From: Azolla caroliniana
Lineage: Eukaryota > Plantae > Polypodiophyta
Length of the DNA: 64,000 nt
Direction of reading: 5' to 3'
Assembly: GCA_043228905.1 (NCBI GenBank)
Contig: JBHGNT010000005.1
Span: forward strand, 22,010,001-22,074,000
This document shows positions 51,955 to 62,465 of the stretch, in pieces. A program made the position numbers and the translations under genes. The notes beneath the pieces are model-generated. The model was not told the origin of the DNA and made no database searches. It saw nothing but the letters and a program-made list of their open reading frames with translations. How positions within the stretch are numbered: the first letter of the stretch is position 1; each line of letters opens with the position of its first letter.

Positions 51955-54900
51955 ACGCGAATGGACACAGAGACAGGGAGACACAAGTGTTTGTATATTA
52001 ACGAATAACAAGTACACAACAGAGCACGCGAGCGGTTACGACCGAACAGGCCGGCGAACAGATGTCGATGCCTGTTCGTCTGCGCACGTAAAGGGGATAG
52101 GATAGAGGTGTTGCCGGAAGCACACGGGTGTTCCTCGAAGCAGTGCGAGCCTCCCGAAACCTGCAGAGAAGAGCAATAGAGAACAGACAGAGGAGAAGCG
52201 TTCGGTTACGGTCCGACAGCACTTCGTCCTCCTCAATGCGCGATCCCTTCTCCCTGCGTCTCCCTCTCCTTTATAGCTTCCAGAAGGGAGCCGTCTCCCT
52301 CATTTACTTCCTTCTTACCGAATCCAACTACCCGGATATGCCTTTGTACTTAATTCCCTATTATATACATTAAGGGCGCGCACACGTGAAGAGCCGATTC
52401 ACGCGCGTTATGCGCCGATTGCGCCAAGGGACGGTTTTCTTCTCGACAGCAGTCTTCCATTCGTCTTCTGGTCAGATCCGTACGAGGTTATATGCTCCCC
52501 GTAAGTCAATCTTCGTGAAGAACCTGGCACCATTGATCCATTCTAAAAGACTTGAGATAAGGGGAAGAACATACCTATTCCTGATTGTAACCTTATTCAG
52601 GCCACGGTAATCTACAACGAGACGAAACGATCCATCCTTTTTCTTGACGAAGAAAATGGGCGCGCCAGCTGGAGATTTCGAATGCCGAATGAAACCATTT
52701 TCCAAATTCTCCTCTATATAGGTCCGAAGGACTTCCAGCTCGGTTGGTGACAAATTGTAGATCGGTCCCCATGGTGGCTCTGTTCCCGGTTGTAAATCGA
52801 TGGGGCAATCGTACGGTCGATGATGAGGAAGTGTGTTGGCTTGTACTTTATCGAACACATCGATGTAATGACGATACTTCTCGGGAAGTTGAACGGTGGA
52901 TTCTTCTTTAGTGGTGCTGGAGGGGTTTACTGATATTGCAAAGAGGAACATTTCTTCCTTGCGCCCTTCTTTACGCAACTAACATAGCGAAATGGTTGCC
53001 ATCTTCTGAGTTGACCCTTGGGTTTGTCGACACCGGATTTCTCTTGTTCTCCAATCTATGTCTGGGTTATGGAACTCGAACCACGGTAATCCTAAAACTA
53101 TGGGATGTTCTGGGATACTAATAATATTAAATGATACTACACATGCTAAGTTATCTAGGACAATATTAATGGGCTCTGACTCTTCTATGATATTTCCGGA
53201 AGCAATGGGATGTCCATCAATGACTACTACAGAGGCTGGACACTGGAGTTTTCTTAGGGATATCTTATGAGCTTGAGCAAATTTCTTATCCATAAAGCAA
53301 GAGTTAGCTCCGGAATCTAGGAGTGCTAGGACATGTACTGGAGGGGTACTTTTAGTACTAACTATTACTTGGGCTACGAACACATCACTAACTTGCTTAG
53401 AGGGAATGGAACCACTAATGGGCTGCAGAGATCTAGGGCTGTCCAACCAAACGGCTCCTATTTTGGCTGGACTTAGTTGTTTAACTCTTCTTCTAACTGA
53501 CTAAGGACATCAAATCTGTTCGCTAGATCTAGGCTATTAGTACTATTAGGACTATCAGATATCCCTACTGAAATAGGCTCGGGTTTAGTACAATTAGAAC
53601 TAGCGACTATTTGGTTTACCTGTCTTCTTGGCCTATGGGGGCAATTTATTGCAATATGTCCTGGTCCACCGCAGTAAAGACATAGTCGATTTGTACGGTG
53701 TCGCTGCTTTTCTTCTTCGGATAATGGCCCTCGACGACATGTAGTGTCAATCTCCATCGCAGTCGGAGTATTCGCTGGAGGCGCATTATATGACTCCCTC
53801 GGAAAAGTTCTTGATACCATTGAGGCGTAGGTGGGCTCTGATCTTGCCCTCGGCATTTGTAGCTGTCGTTCCGAACGTCGCTCAAAGAGGCGGTTGTCAC
53901 ATCTCACCGCGTGACTGATTGCTTTTGTTAAGGACTTTGGCTCTTCGGGGAAGGTCAAGAGTAAATCCTTGACGTCGTTGCGTAAACCATAACGGAATTG
54001 CTCCATCAACGCTTGATCATCCCAAGGGATATCGGCGGCGAGTAGGCGAAAATTTGCAGTGTATGCAGAGGCTGGACGGTCACCTTGGCGTAATCGCCGA
54101 ATTCTGTTGATTGCGGTCCTGATGTTGTTAGTATCTCCAAAACATGTTTTAAACTCACCTAGAAACTCTTCAAAATTGTTGAGTAACGGAGATTCCTTTT
54201 CTAATAGTGGAGCGAACCATGCCAACGCTGAGCCACTTAACAAAGTGCCACTTAACTCGTGATGCATCGGTGGGATATCGGGAAGGATGCATTTGAATAA
54301 CTAATCGTACTTGGTTAAGGAACCCTCTAAACTGTGATCGCGTTCCATCGAACTTCGTGGGAAGGCCAATCTTGGGTTCTTTATGAATCCCTTGTGTTCC
54401 GGGCCCTTGTTGTTGCATCGCTACGATGGTGGCTTCGAGTTGTTGCACGCGTAACGCAAGTTCCCCATGTTGTTGTTGGGTTTGCTGCTTTTCTAAGGAG
54501 ATTTGCTGAAGATCCCCCAGCAACCGTTGGTTTTCTTGTTCCAAAGCATGGAACTTCTCTTTCAAGCATTGAAATTCCGAGAAAACAAATTGATATTCTT
54601 CAGCGCTAACAGTGGCCATGGGATGAAAGAAAAGAGGAATAAGAGATTAGTAGGAAATGAGAGAGACAGAAGGTAAGAGAAATCGGTTCAAACTGTCAGG
54701 AACAGTACTAAGACAGAGAAGGAATTAGTACTAAAAGAAGTATTAGTACTAAGAGAGGTGAAGAACTCTCGAGAGAAGGAAAGAGTGAGTGAGAGGGAGG
54801 GAGGGAGAGAGTGATGATAAGAAAAGATATACATTATGTGAAGAAAATGTACAGTAGCTAGGAGGCTTAAGACTAGCGTTGAACCGATTTGGTTCGAAAT

Positions 54901-57429
54901 AATGCCTTGTGCCTCCTTTTATAGTGTTCTAAGGAATACTCCTGAAGTTTCTAGAATGTTCCAGAGAAATCGGGAATATACATCAATTTTCTATAATAAA
55001 ACATAAATAAAAATAATATTCTACGTATTACAATGTATAGTCTAATGGTCAAGAGCTCGACCCATGTAGCATAAGGTCATGGGTTCGAGTCTTGCCATAT
55101 CATGACATACGGTGGGTTGGATTCCCCATATTTGAACCAAACGATCATTCACAAAATTGTGTGAGCTTCCCGAATCAAATAAAAATTGTACAGGAGATCC
55201 ATTGATATACCCGTTTGCACGTAGTAAATCATTGGGACCCAATACATAGTGAGGGAAAGAACATTGACAATTACTTAAATGATGTGTATAGACCTGAAGG
55301 ACATTAGGAATCTGACCTTTATGGTCTGCAGTTTTAGCTTTGTTGTCATGCTCTTTCTGTTGGAGCTTTCGACATTGCTCTTTTGTGTGACCCTTCTTTT
55401 TGCAGAATGCGCAAAAAGGATGTTGTTGCTTACAATTGCGATCCAGAAATTCATTGGGTGTCTTGCGTTTCCCAACGAATTGCGACTGCTTAGTCCTGGG
55501 CGCTTCATTGGGTTTGTTGTGGTCCTTCTTCGAAGTGCGTTGATAGAGAAGGACTATTTCAACGGCCTCTTCGAAGGATTTTGGATCCTTATCATGCACT
55601 ATCCAGTGATAGTCCGAATTGGGGATGCCATTGACAAAACAAGCTATTAACCCGTTGTCCCCTTCTAGACCCAATTTTTGGATTTGGGTTCTAGCATGGT
55701 GAACATAGTCTTCTAGTGAGGAAAATTTCCTGCTAGAGAGGTTCATTAAAGCTTGTGTTGCCTCGGTTCGAGAGGGAGGTTGCAGAAATTGGCCCTTAAA
55801 AACCGTGACAAAATCTGTCCAGGTATCGGGCAATTTCCCCATAGTACGGAGCCCACGCCACCAGGCAGCGGCCTTACCCCCGAGTTCTCGTCCGACATAT
55901 GCAATCTTCGTACTATCTGGCGTGGGATAGAGCTCGAAATGAGACTCCCATCGTCCCAGCCATGTGCAAATTGCTTCTTCGGTTCTTTCCTTTTTGTCTC
56001 CCGTAAATGGCTTAACGACAAATGATGGTTCACCTTGTCGCTCATCAAGTCTATTAGTCTCACGTTGTAGACTAATGACACGTGCCTCAAGAGCACTCTG
56101 AGATTTCCGAAGTTCGGTCATCTATTGAGCGGTGAAACTAAGGTATTGGGTTATTTGTGCCAAATACATCTCAGTGGACATTTGTCCAGGAGGATTCCCT
56201 TGAGTTCCTTCCGCTTGAGCGGATGACATCGGGTCGTTAATTTGAGCCATTAAAGATTATTTCTGGAAAAGAAATAGGATAAGGTCAGAGAGATAGTCAT
56301 AACATCATGTTGTGATGTAAACATATCATGGGCAAACATTAATCGATATCATGATCTCACATCAATACCCCTCTAGACGTATGAGATGAGGTTCAAGATC
56401 AGGTTACTATGGTAACACAAAGGTGTTTTAAAAACCATGGGGGTGACAAATAAATGTCTTTCCCTTATCTCTATATCGATTTTTTCATGGTGGCTCCCTG
56501 AGGCTCAACCATGTATGTTCGCGTCATGAATAGTTTATACACGAAAAAAATGTTAACAATAAACTATGTTTCGGTGCCCACATATGTGGTTTCGGCTCTT
56601 TAAGTCCTATTACAAGGACCCCGAGGTGCACTTAGACCTTAAGTCTAAACATGTGTTATAGTCATATGTATCAAGGATGTTGTATGGTCTTGGTCATATT
56701 TGAACTCGAGACCTCAAGAACAAATACATTAAACACTTGAGCCAACCAAGTAAGTTGCTCTTCTCGAATGCTTAATGTTTGATGCATATAAGAGATATGC
56801 GAGGCAATTGATCATATATGTTTTTTTTAAAAGAACATATATGTCAAGGGTCCTTATTTCGCCCTCATTTACCAAAACTATGTTGGTACGTTACCTAACC
56901 TCAAGTCTCGTAATTACGATGGCATACGCCAAAGTGCAACCTAATGGTCAAGCCAAATGAGCCCTCGTTTCGTAGTAGGCTCACATGGCCCATCACATGG
57001 TCACGTCATTACGAATGTCTCTCGTAAGAACGAGCTCATGGTGGCATCGTATCCATGTAACAAGGGAGGGATGTTGGATACGTGCGTCATTGGAGCAACC
57101 TCACTTGAAATGGGTCAAGCCCTACGTACTCAACATCATTATGGTTATAGGTGTTTCTTTACATAATGAAATTGAGGTCATCAACGGGGTTGTCAACAAT
57201 AAAAAATTGTTGAAAAAGGGATGGTGACAACGCCATTCTCACAAAAATGTGAGGATGGCCACCAACATCCTTTTCCCGACAAGGACAACTTTCGATATAA
57301 TCACGTAATAACGAATATACACATATCTTTACTTATCACATATAGACAATCAAATACGTATATACGTGACCACATATGCCTATATTAACATATCGTTATA
57401 TTAAATAGCCACAAATGATGTGATCGAGA

Positions 57430-57685
57430 TACGTAATTGAGGTATATACCTCTACGCACACGAAACATCCACAAATAAGAGATCATCGTAATACGCAATT
57501 GAGGTATTGACCTCTTACGCATATGAGACCAAACGCATATCCTTTACAACAAATCAAGGTATTAAACTCATACGCAAACGTAACATATGTTCGTGAACGT
57601 AATACGTAATTGAGGTATTAACCTCGTACGCATACGACACTCATCACATATTATTTATATGTCAAACGAGGTATTGACCTCGTGC
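57430..57685. repeat. Array of five short palindromic motifs (GAGGT-N4-ACCTC) in the 1.7-kb leader of G
   Basis: GAGGTATATACCTC, GAGGTATTGACCTC, AAGGTATTAAACTC, GAGGTATTAACCTC, GAGGTATTGACCTC spaced ~55-62 bp apart. Confidence 0.75.
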
Positions 57686-58399
57686 ACATATGTAAACGTT
57701 TTAGATAATCAATTAAAGACCACTACAACATCATTGACTTAATGAAAAAAATTGAGATATAAACTAAACACATGATTAGATGGGAGAAGAGAGAATAGAA
57801 AAAAAATTGCGGAAAGAGTTACCAAAGGTCTTTGTTGATCGTTGTCTGGATCAAGGCTGACCGCACATCGATCGATCACCATCAATCAAAAGACAAAAGA
57901 CAAACAAAGAAACATTAGTACATAAATCTGATACCAAATATTAGAGATCTAAGTACTAAAGTAAGCGTAAGATAAGGATAAACAAATGATAGATAGAAAG
58001 GAGAAAGAGAAAGAAGGGTGCCGATCCACCCGACCACCCCCGAGCGAAGGGATCGAGACGGACTCGAGCCTCGATCGGCTTCCCATACCACCGCCGTGGC
58101 GTCGAGTCGTACATGGTGTTGGCGCGCTCGCTACAAGAGTTGACCCACCACAAGAGCAGAGTCTCGATGTAGTCAAAAAGATTATCAAATGAGGGTAGTT
58201 AGGCCTCTTATTTATAGCGATACCCAAGGCCCCCAGGCAAGTTCACACTTGACCTAATGGGTTGTCTCAATCCCGAGGATTAAAAGTAATCCTCCCCTTC
58301 TTTACACTCTCGTTTAACCCTCACACTTATCCACATGTATAGAATACTACGGTAAATTCTCACCACGGGATATTAAATGGTCATGCCCGTAACAATAAA

Positions 58400-58837
58400 G
58401 CAAGGGAGATTGTTTTCCCAAAAGCGGAGCGAACCATGCCAAGGCTGAGTTGCTGAGCAACGTGCCTATTAGGCCTACTCGGGATGCATCAGTGGGGTAT
58501 CGGGAAGGATGCATTTGCATGACTAAGCATACCTGATTAAGGAATCCTGTGAATTGTGAGTGCGTTTCATCGAATTTCACAAGAAGACCAATTTTGGGCT
58601 CTTTATGAAGTCCTTTGGGACTTGATCCTTGTTGTTGTAACGCTACGATGGTTGCTTCGAGTTGTTGTACAACGCTAACTCCCCATGTTTTTGTTGCGTT
58701 TGCTGTTTTTCTAAAGCAATTTGTTGAAGATCCCCTAACAATCGTTGGTTTTCTTGTTCCAATGCAACGAATTTTTCTTTTAGACAATGTAGCTCAAAAA
58801 AAACGGATTGATATTCCTGGGCGCTAATAGTAGCCAT
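58400..58837 (-). pseudogene. Element A gag N-terminus
   Basis: MATISAQEYQ...HKEPKIGL...RYPTDASRVGLIGTLL..ALAWFAPLL, homologous to H gag at 54170..54619; frameshifted. Confidence 0.88.
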
Positions 58838-59087
58838 AGTATTGGAAAAGGGGGTAAGAGGATGAGGGAAACCGAAAAGAAGACCAAAGGAAAATGGGTT
58901 CAAACTGTCAGGAACAATACTAAGATAGAGAAGAAATTAGTACTAAGAGAGGAATATTAGTACTAAGAGGAATAGAGGGTGTAGAACACGAGAAAGAGAG
59001 AGAGAGAGAGATAGATAGATAGATAGATAGATTATATTATCGTCTTCGGAGGTCAAATATGACCTATGAGACCAAAAATATTACATG

Positions 59088-62000
59088 TCACGTGATACGT
59101 GTGAAGGTGAGTAGCGACTCACGATGCTCAAGAACTTTGCCAATGAATGTTGCAATCGAGAGTGCACATCGTGGTTGTGAGAGAAATTCGTGCAAGGATT
59201 GGGCTCCAAAGAGATGTGGAAAGCATGGCCGAATATGATCAAAGGCAGAGCATTGTATCAAAGTGTGATACTCAGACTCTCGGACTTGTTTAGGGCAAAG
59301 TGTGCATAGTCGGTCACTCTCATCACTTGTGCCCCAACGCCCCGTCTCACATCTCAATGCATGCGAGCTAAGTCGCATGGAAGCAATGGTTCGAATGGCA
59401 GATATTGGGATGGGCTCTAATATGTAGCGATGTGTACGGCTTCCCCGTTCCGCGAAGAATATGGTTTTGTAGTTAGGTGCAACATTTATGGTATAATGTG
59501 TGAAGCGTGAGCCACCACATTTTTCCCATGTCATGATACATTGGCGTTGCAAAAAGGCCTCATTTACAGAGGAATCTAGTGACGCATCATGAAGCAAGTG
59601 TCTTGCATCCCATCTACCAAACCATTTTTCTAAATCTTGCATCCAACCGAAACACAAAATTTTGCTTTTATGCGTCTTTTGGATCTTTTTGCTTGCTTCC
59701 CATGCAATTCGAGGAAGTCGATGTGCGGGGCTTTTTTGAATTTTAAGCATGTATTCAACAACCCTTTCCATGGCCATGACCTCAATGGGAAGTGATCCCG
59801 TCTCAAGGAGGAGGAGGTTGTAGGGCGTTTGTTTCTTAACTTGTAGAAACTTTGTGAGAAAATGTTTTTGGACATTTTCAAACTCTTTCCAAGTAGATTT
59901 AGGGATGCTACCGCCCCATATTTCCACCCCATAGAGAAGAACCGGGGTCACCAAAGTGTCGAAAAGATATTTCTTGAGGACCCAACACTTAATATCTCCA
60001 AGATTGCATGTGTTCTCAAATGCATAATATGCACGCTTACCCGCCTCTAAGCGGCGTGTAGCACATTCATTCCATTTATGATTTGAAGGAACTTCAAGGC
60101 CAAGATATTTGAAGCTTTCCACACATTCAAGTGGCTCATTGTTGTACATAATGCATGGTTTATCTCTTTTTTGACTCTTCACAAGCATAATCTTTGTTTT
60201 AGAGCTATTGACACTTAATTTAGTATGCATGCAAAATTTTTCCAATGCCTTCATAAGCTTTTGTGCATCTCCTAAAGTATTTGCAAAAAGCACTACATCA
60301 TCCGCATATAACAAAAGCATAATCACCACATTCCCAATGGCAACTTCTTCAACACATTCTTCCTTTACAAACTTGGCAACCATTTCTTCTAACTCATCAA
60401 TGCATAGACCAAATAATGTTGGTGAGAGTGGGCATCCTTGCTTAACACCAATAGTGCTATTGAAAAAATCTGAAAGTCTATCTCTCATACGCACACAACA
60501 TATAACCTTCTCATATATTCGGGAAATTGCAAGCATATATTCACTTGGCACCTCAAGTTCTTCCATTCGCCTCCAAAGATGCTCACGAGGTACCATATCA
60601 AAAGCTTTCTTGAAGTCTACAAAGCAACAATATAAACCTTTACCTCTAAGGCGACTTTCCTCCATTAATACTCGAAGAGTGACAAGATGATCAATTGTGC
60701 TATGGTGTTTTCGAAAGCCAGCTTGTCCATAAGCTCTCTTACCATTTTTTTCTGCCCATACACTTATCTTTAATTCCATTATACATCCAAATAACTTTGC
60801 CATTAGTGAGCCAACCATGATGGTTCGATAGTTGTTTACATTATTTACATCTCCGCCTTTATGAAGAGGTTTAATCCAATTTGTAGTCCAATCATATGGC
60901 ATACCATGTTGCAATGCATCATTAAACATATCGCATATCCATATATGTGCTTCCTTTCCCGTCCATTTGAGCATTTCAGCTTTTATACATTGAAGATCAC
61001 TTGCCTTTCGAGAGGCCAATTTCTTAAGCCCTATGCATATATCTTCAATTGTAAAGAAGGGAGACATATGTGAAAGAGAACCATAACACATCATCTTTCC
61101 GGCAAGAGATAACTCATATAAATTTTTACAATGCATAGACAAGTCATGAAGAGTTAAGTCACCATAACTCTCAACACGTTTACCCTTTAGATTTCCCCAA
61201 AATTTAGCACATGCATGTGCTTTCTCTTGCGTTTGGAGAAGTTGTTGAGTAACTTCCCATATTCGTCTCTTTCTTTGAATAAGCCTTTTATAGTCATGCA
61301 AATGCTTTTGATAATTTTCTTTATCCTTAACTACATCCAAAACCATAAGGCACTTTCGAGCTTCATGACATTCTTTATCAAACCATTTTTTCTTACATTT
61401 CTTGGTGCATTTCCATGATGTGCGATTGGTCGAAAAACATTTGTTTGTACAAGAGAGAATGACATTCTTAAAAGCTTCCCATTTACATTCTAGTGTGCCA
61501 CCATGTTGTGTCTTTGTCATTTGTAGCATATCCTCAACCATCTTGGAATACATGGGCGCTCGCTTAAGATTCATGCCCAAATGCATTTGTTTGCTATCTT
61601 CAATAACCTTCTCGCAATCAAACCTATGCATACATTTGAGATCAATGCATAAAGTCCTATGATCGGATTCCGGTGTCCATTCTCCAAGTGAGAATTTATG
61701 TATACGATCCAAAATACCTTCGGAAAGTAGCATATAGTCAATCACACTATTTCCATTGTGTTTTCTACATGTAAAGCCGTTAGTATTGGGCCATAAGGAA
61801 ACACCATTTGCAATGAGCAATCCGGTACTATTGCACATTTGTAGGAGTAGTTTCCCAAATTGGTCTGGATCTTTTTCATCGCTAGAAGATCGACTATACA
61901 TTTGCATATCCTCTTGCATCCTTGAGATATGGGGCATCAAAGATTCTTGTGAATCAAGTTGGAAACTTCTTGTACGAGCATTCATGTCACCAAAGACAAT

Positions 62001-62459
62001 AACTTCCCCTTTGGATTTGAAATAAACAATATCATCTTCTAGATTTGCAAAAGGTTGATCTTTATCCAAACAAGCATAGAAGTTAGAATCTTGATGAGGA
62101 ATGTAACATCCAACGACAAAAGTGGGTGAATCATTAGGTGTTTCTATTTTGAGCCATATGTAACATTTATGTTCATCATTTTTTATGATTGACACATATT
62201 TCTCTATTTCCTTCTTAATCAAACATGCCACCCCTCCTTGTCCTCTTCTTTGTCTTGGATTTTTCTCCCATATCAAAGAGTGTACATTATAGTTTCCTAA
62301 ACCTTGAATCCTTTGAGTATCATGCTCCCATGTTTCAACAAGGAGTGCGATATCCGAGTCATCGATGAACTCCTCTATGCCGAATCCCGCATTCCATGGG
62401 TATCCATTGCAATTCCAAAAACATAGTCGTATAAGACGTGGTTTAGTCTCATAGGTCAC
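59088..62459 (-). CDS. LINE ORF2: AP endonuclease + reverse transcriptase + C-terminal CCHC finger (1123 aa, no AUG at start)
   Basis: WNCNG, VETW, GDMNAR, IDYML, SDHR (APE); FVDFKKAFD, GVKQGCPLSP, LYADD, FKYLG (RT); LCTLC..ESEYH...C; uninterrupted. Confidence 0.95.
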   Translation of the reverse strand: MTYETKPRLIRLCFWNCNGYPWNAGFGIEEFIDDSDIALLVETWEHDTQRIQGLGNYNVHSLIWEKNPRQRRGQGGVACLIKKEIEKYVSIIKNDEHKCYIWLKIETPNDSPTFVVGCYIPHQDSNFYACLDKDQPFANLEDDIVYFKSKGEVIVFGDMNARTRSFQLDSQESLMPHISRMQEDMQMYSRSSSDEKDPDQFGKLLLQMCNSTGLLIANGVSLWPNTNGFTCRKHNGNSVIDYMLLSEGILDRIHKFSLGEWTPESDHRTLCIDLKCMHRFDCEKVIEDSKQMHLGMNLKRAPMYSKMVEDMLQMTKTQHGGTLECKWEAFKNVILSCTNKCFSTNRTSWKCTKKCKKKWFDKECHEARKCLMVLDVVKDKENYQKHLHDYKRLIQRKRRIWEVTQQLLQTQEKAHACAKFWGNLKGKRVESYGDLTLHDLSMHCKNLYELSLAGKMMCYGSLSHMSPFFTIEDICIGLKKLASRKASDLQCIKAEMLKWTGKEAHIWICDMFNDALQHGMPYDWTTNWIKPLHKGGDVNNVNNYRTIMVGSLMAKLFGCIMELKISVWAEKNGKRAYGQAGFRKHHSTIDHLVTLRVLMEESRLRGKGLYCCFVDFKKAFDMVPREHLWRRMEELEVPSEYMLAISRIYEKVICCVRMRDRLSDFFNSTIGVKQGCPLSPTLFGLCIDELEEMVAKFVKEECVEEVAIGNVVIMLLLYADDVVLFANTLGDAQKLMKALEKFCMHTKLSVNSSKTKIMLVKSQKRDKPCIMYNNEPLECVESFKYLGLEVPSNHKWNECATRRLEAGKRAYYAFENTCNLGDIKCWVLKKYLFDTLVTPVLLYGVEIWGGSIPKSTWKEFENVQKHFLTKFLQVKKQTPYNLLLLETGSLPIEVMAMERVVEYMLKIQKSPAHRLPRIAWEASKKIQKTHKSKILCFGWMQDLEKWFGRWDARHLLHDASLDSSVNEAFLQRQCIMTWEKCGGSRFTHYTINVAPNYKTIFFAERGSRTHRYILEPIPISAIRTIASMRLSSHALRCETGRWGTSDESDRLCTLCPKQVRESEYHTLIQCSAFDHIRPCFPHLFGAQSLHEFLSQPRCALSIATFIGKVLEHRESLLTFTRIT

Positions 62460-62465
62460 GTGTCC

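Larger units (their letters stand above)
45659..52448 (-). mobile_element. Element I: GC-rich non-chromovirus gypsy (Phygy-like) inserted in H RT; LTRs 45659-46305 and ~51001-52448
   Basis: 4-bp TSD GCGG/GCAG; PBS complementary to the tRNA-Trp 3' end; gag with CMWCDEVGHIRKDC 49832..50983, PR (VDHGSE) 48830..49825, RT N-part fused by deletion to the INT zinc finger 47188..48264, INT to 46298. Confidence 0.9.
42681..55107 (-). mobile_element. Element H: Tcn1-like chromovirus (A-related) inserted in G protease; LTRs 42681-43102 and 54694-55107
   Basis: TSD TACGG (42676-42680, 55108-55112); gag from 54619, PR 52979..53446, RT-RH-INT 52472..52978 + 43878..45617, chromodomain 43227..43715. Confidence 0.95.
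39013..58394 (-). mobile_element. Element G: tRNA-iMet-primed chromovirus inserted in A gag; 3' LTR (truncated) 39013-39449, 5' LTR 57939-58394
   Basis: Matching LTRs, TSD ATAAA (39008-39012, 58395-58399), PBS TGGTATCAGA next to 57939; gag/PR 55113-56249, RT 41587..42657 (FLDDIL), RH, INT and a C-terminal chromodomain-like ERILD..KIKW..ATWE. Confidence 0.92.

Noticed and set aside
55030-55107. Possible tRNA genes at LTR ends
   Set aside because: Only A/B-box-like motifs are present; no acceptor stem or anticodon arm could be built, so it is reported as a regulatory hypothesis and not a tRNA.
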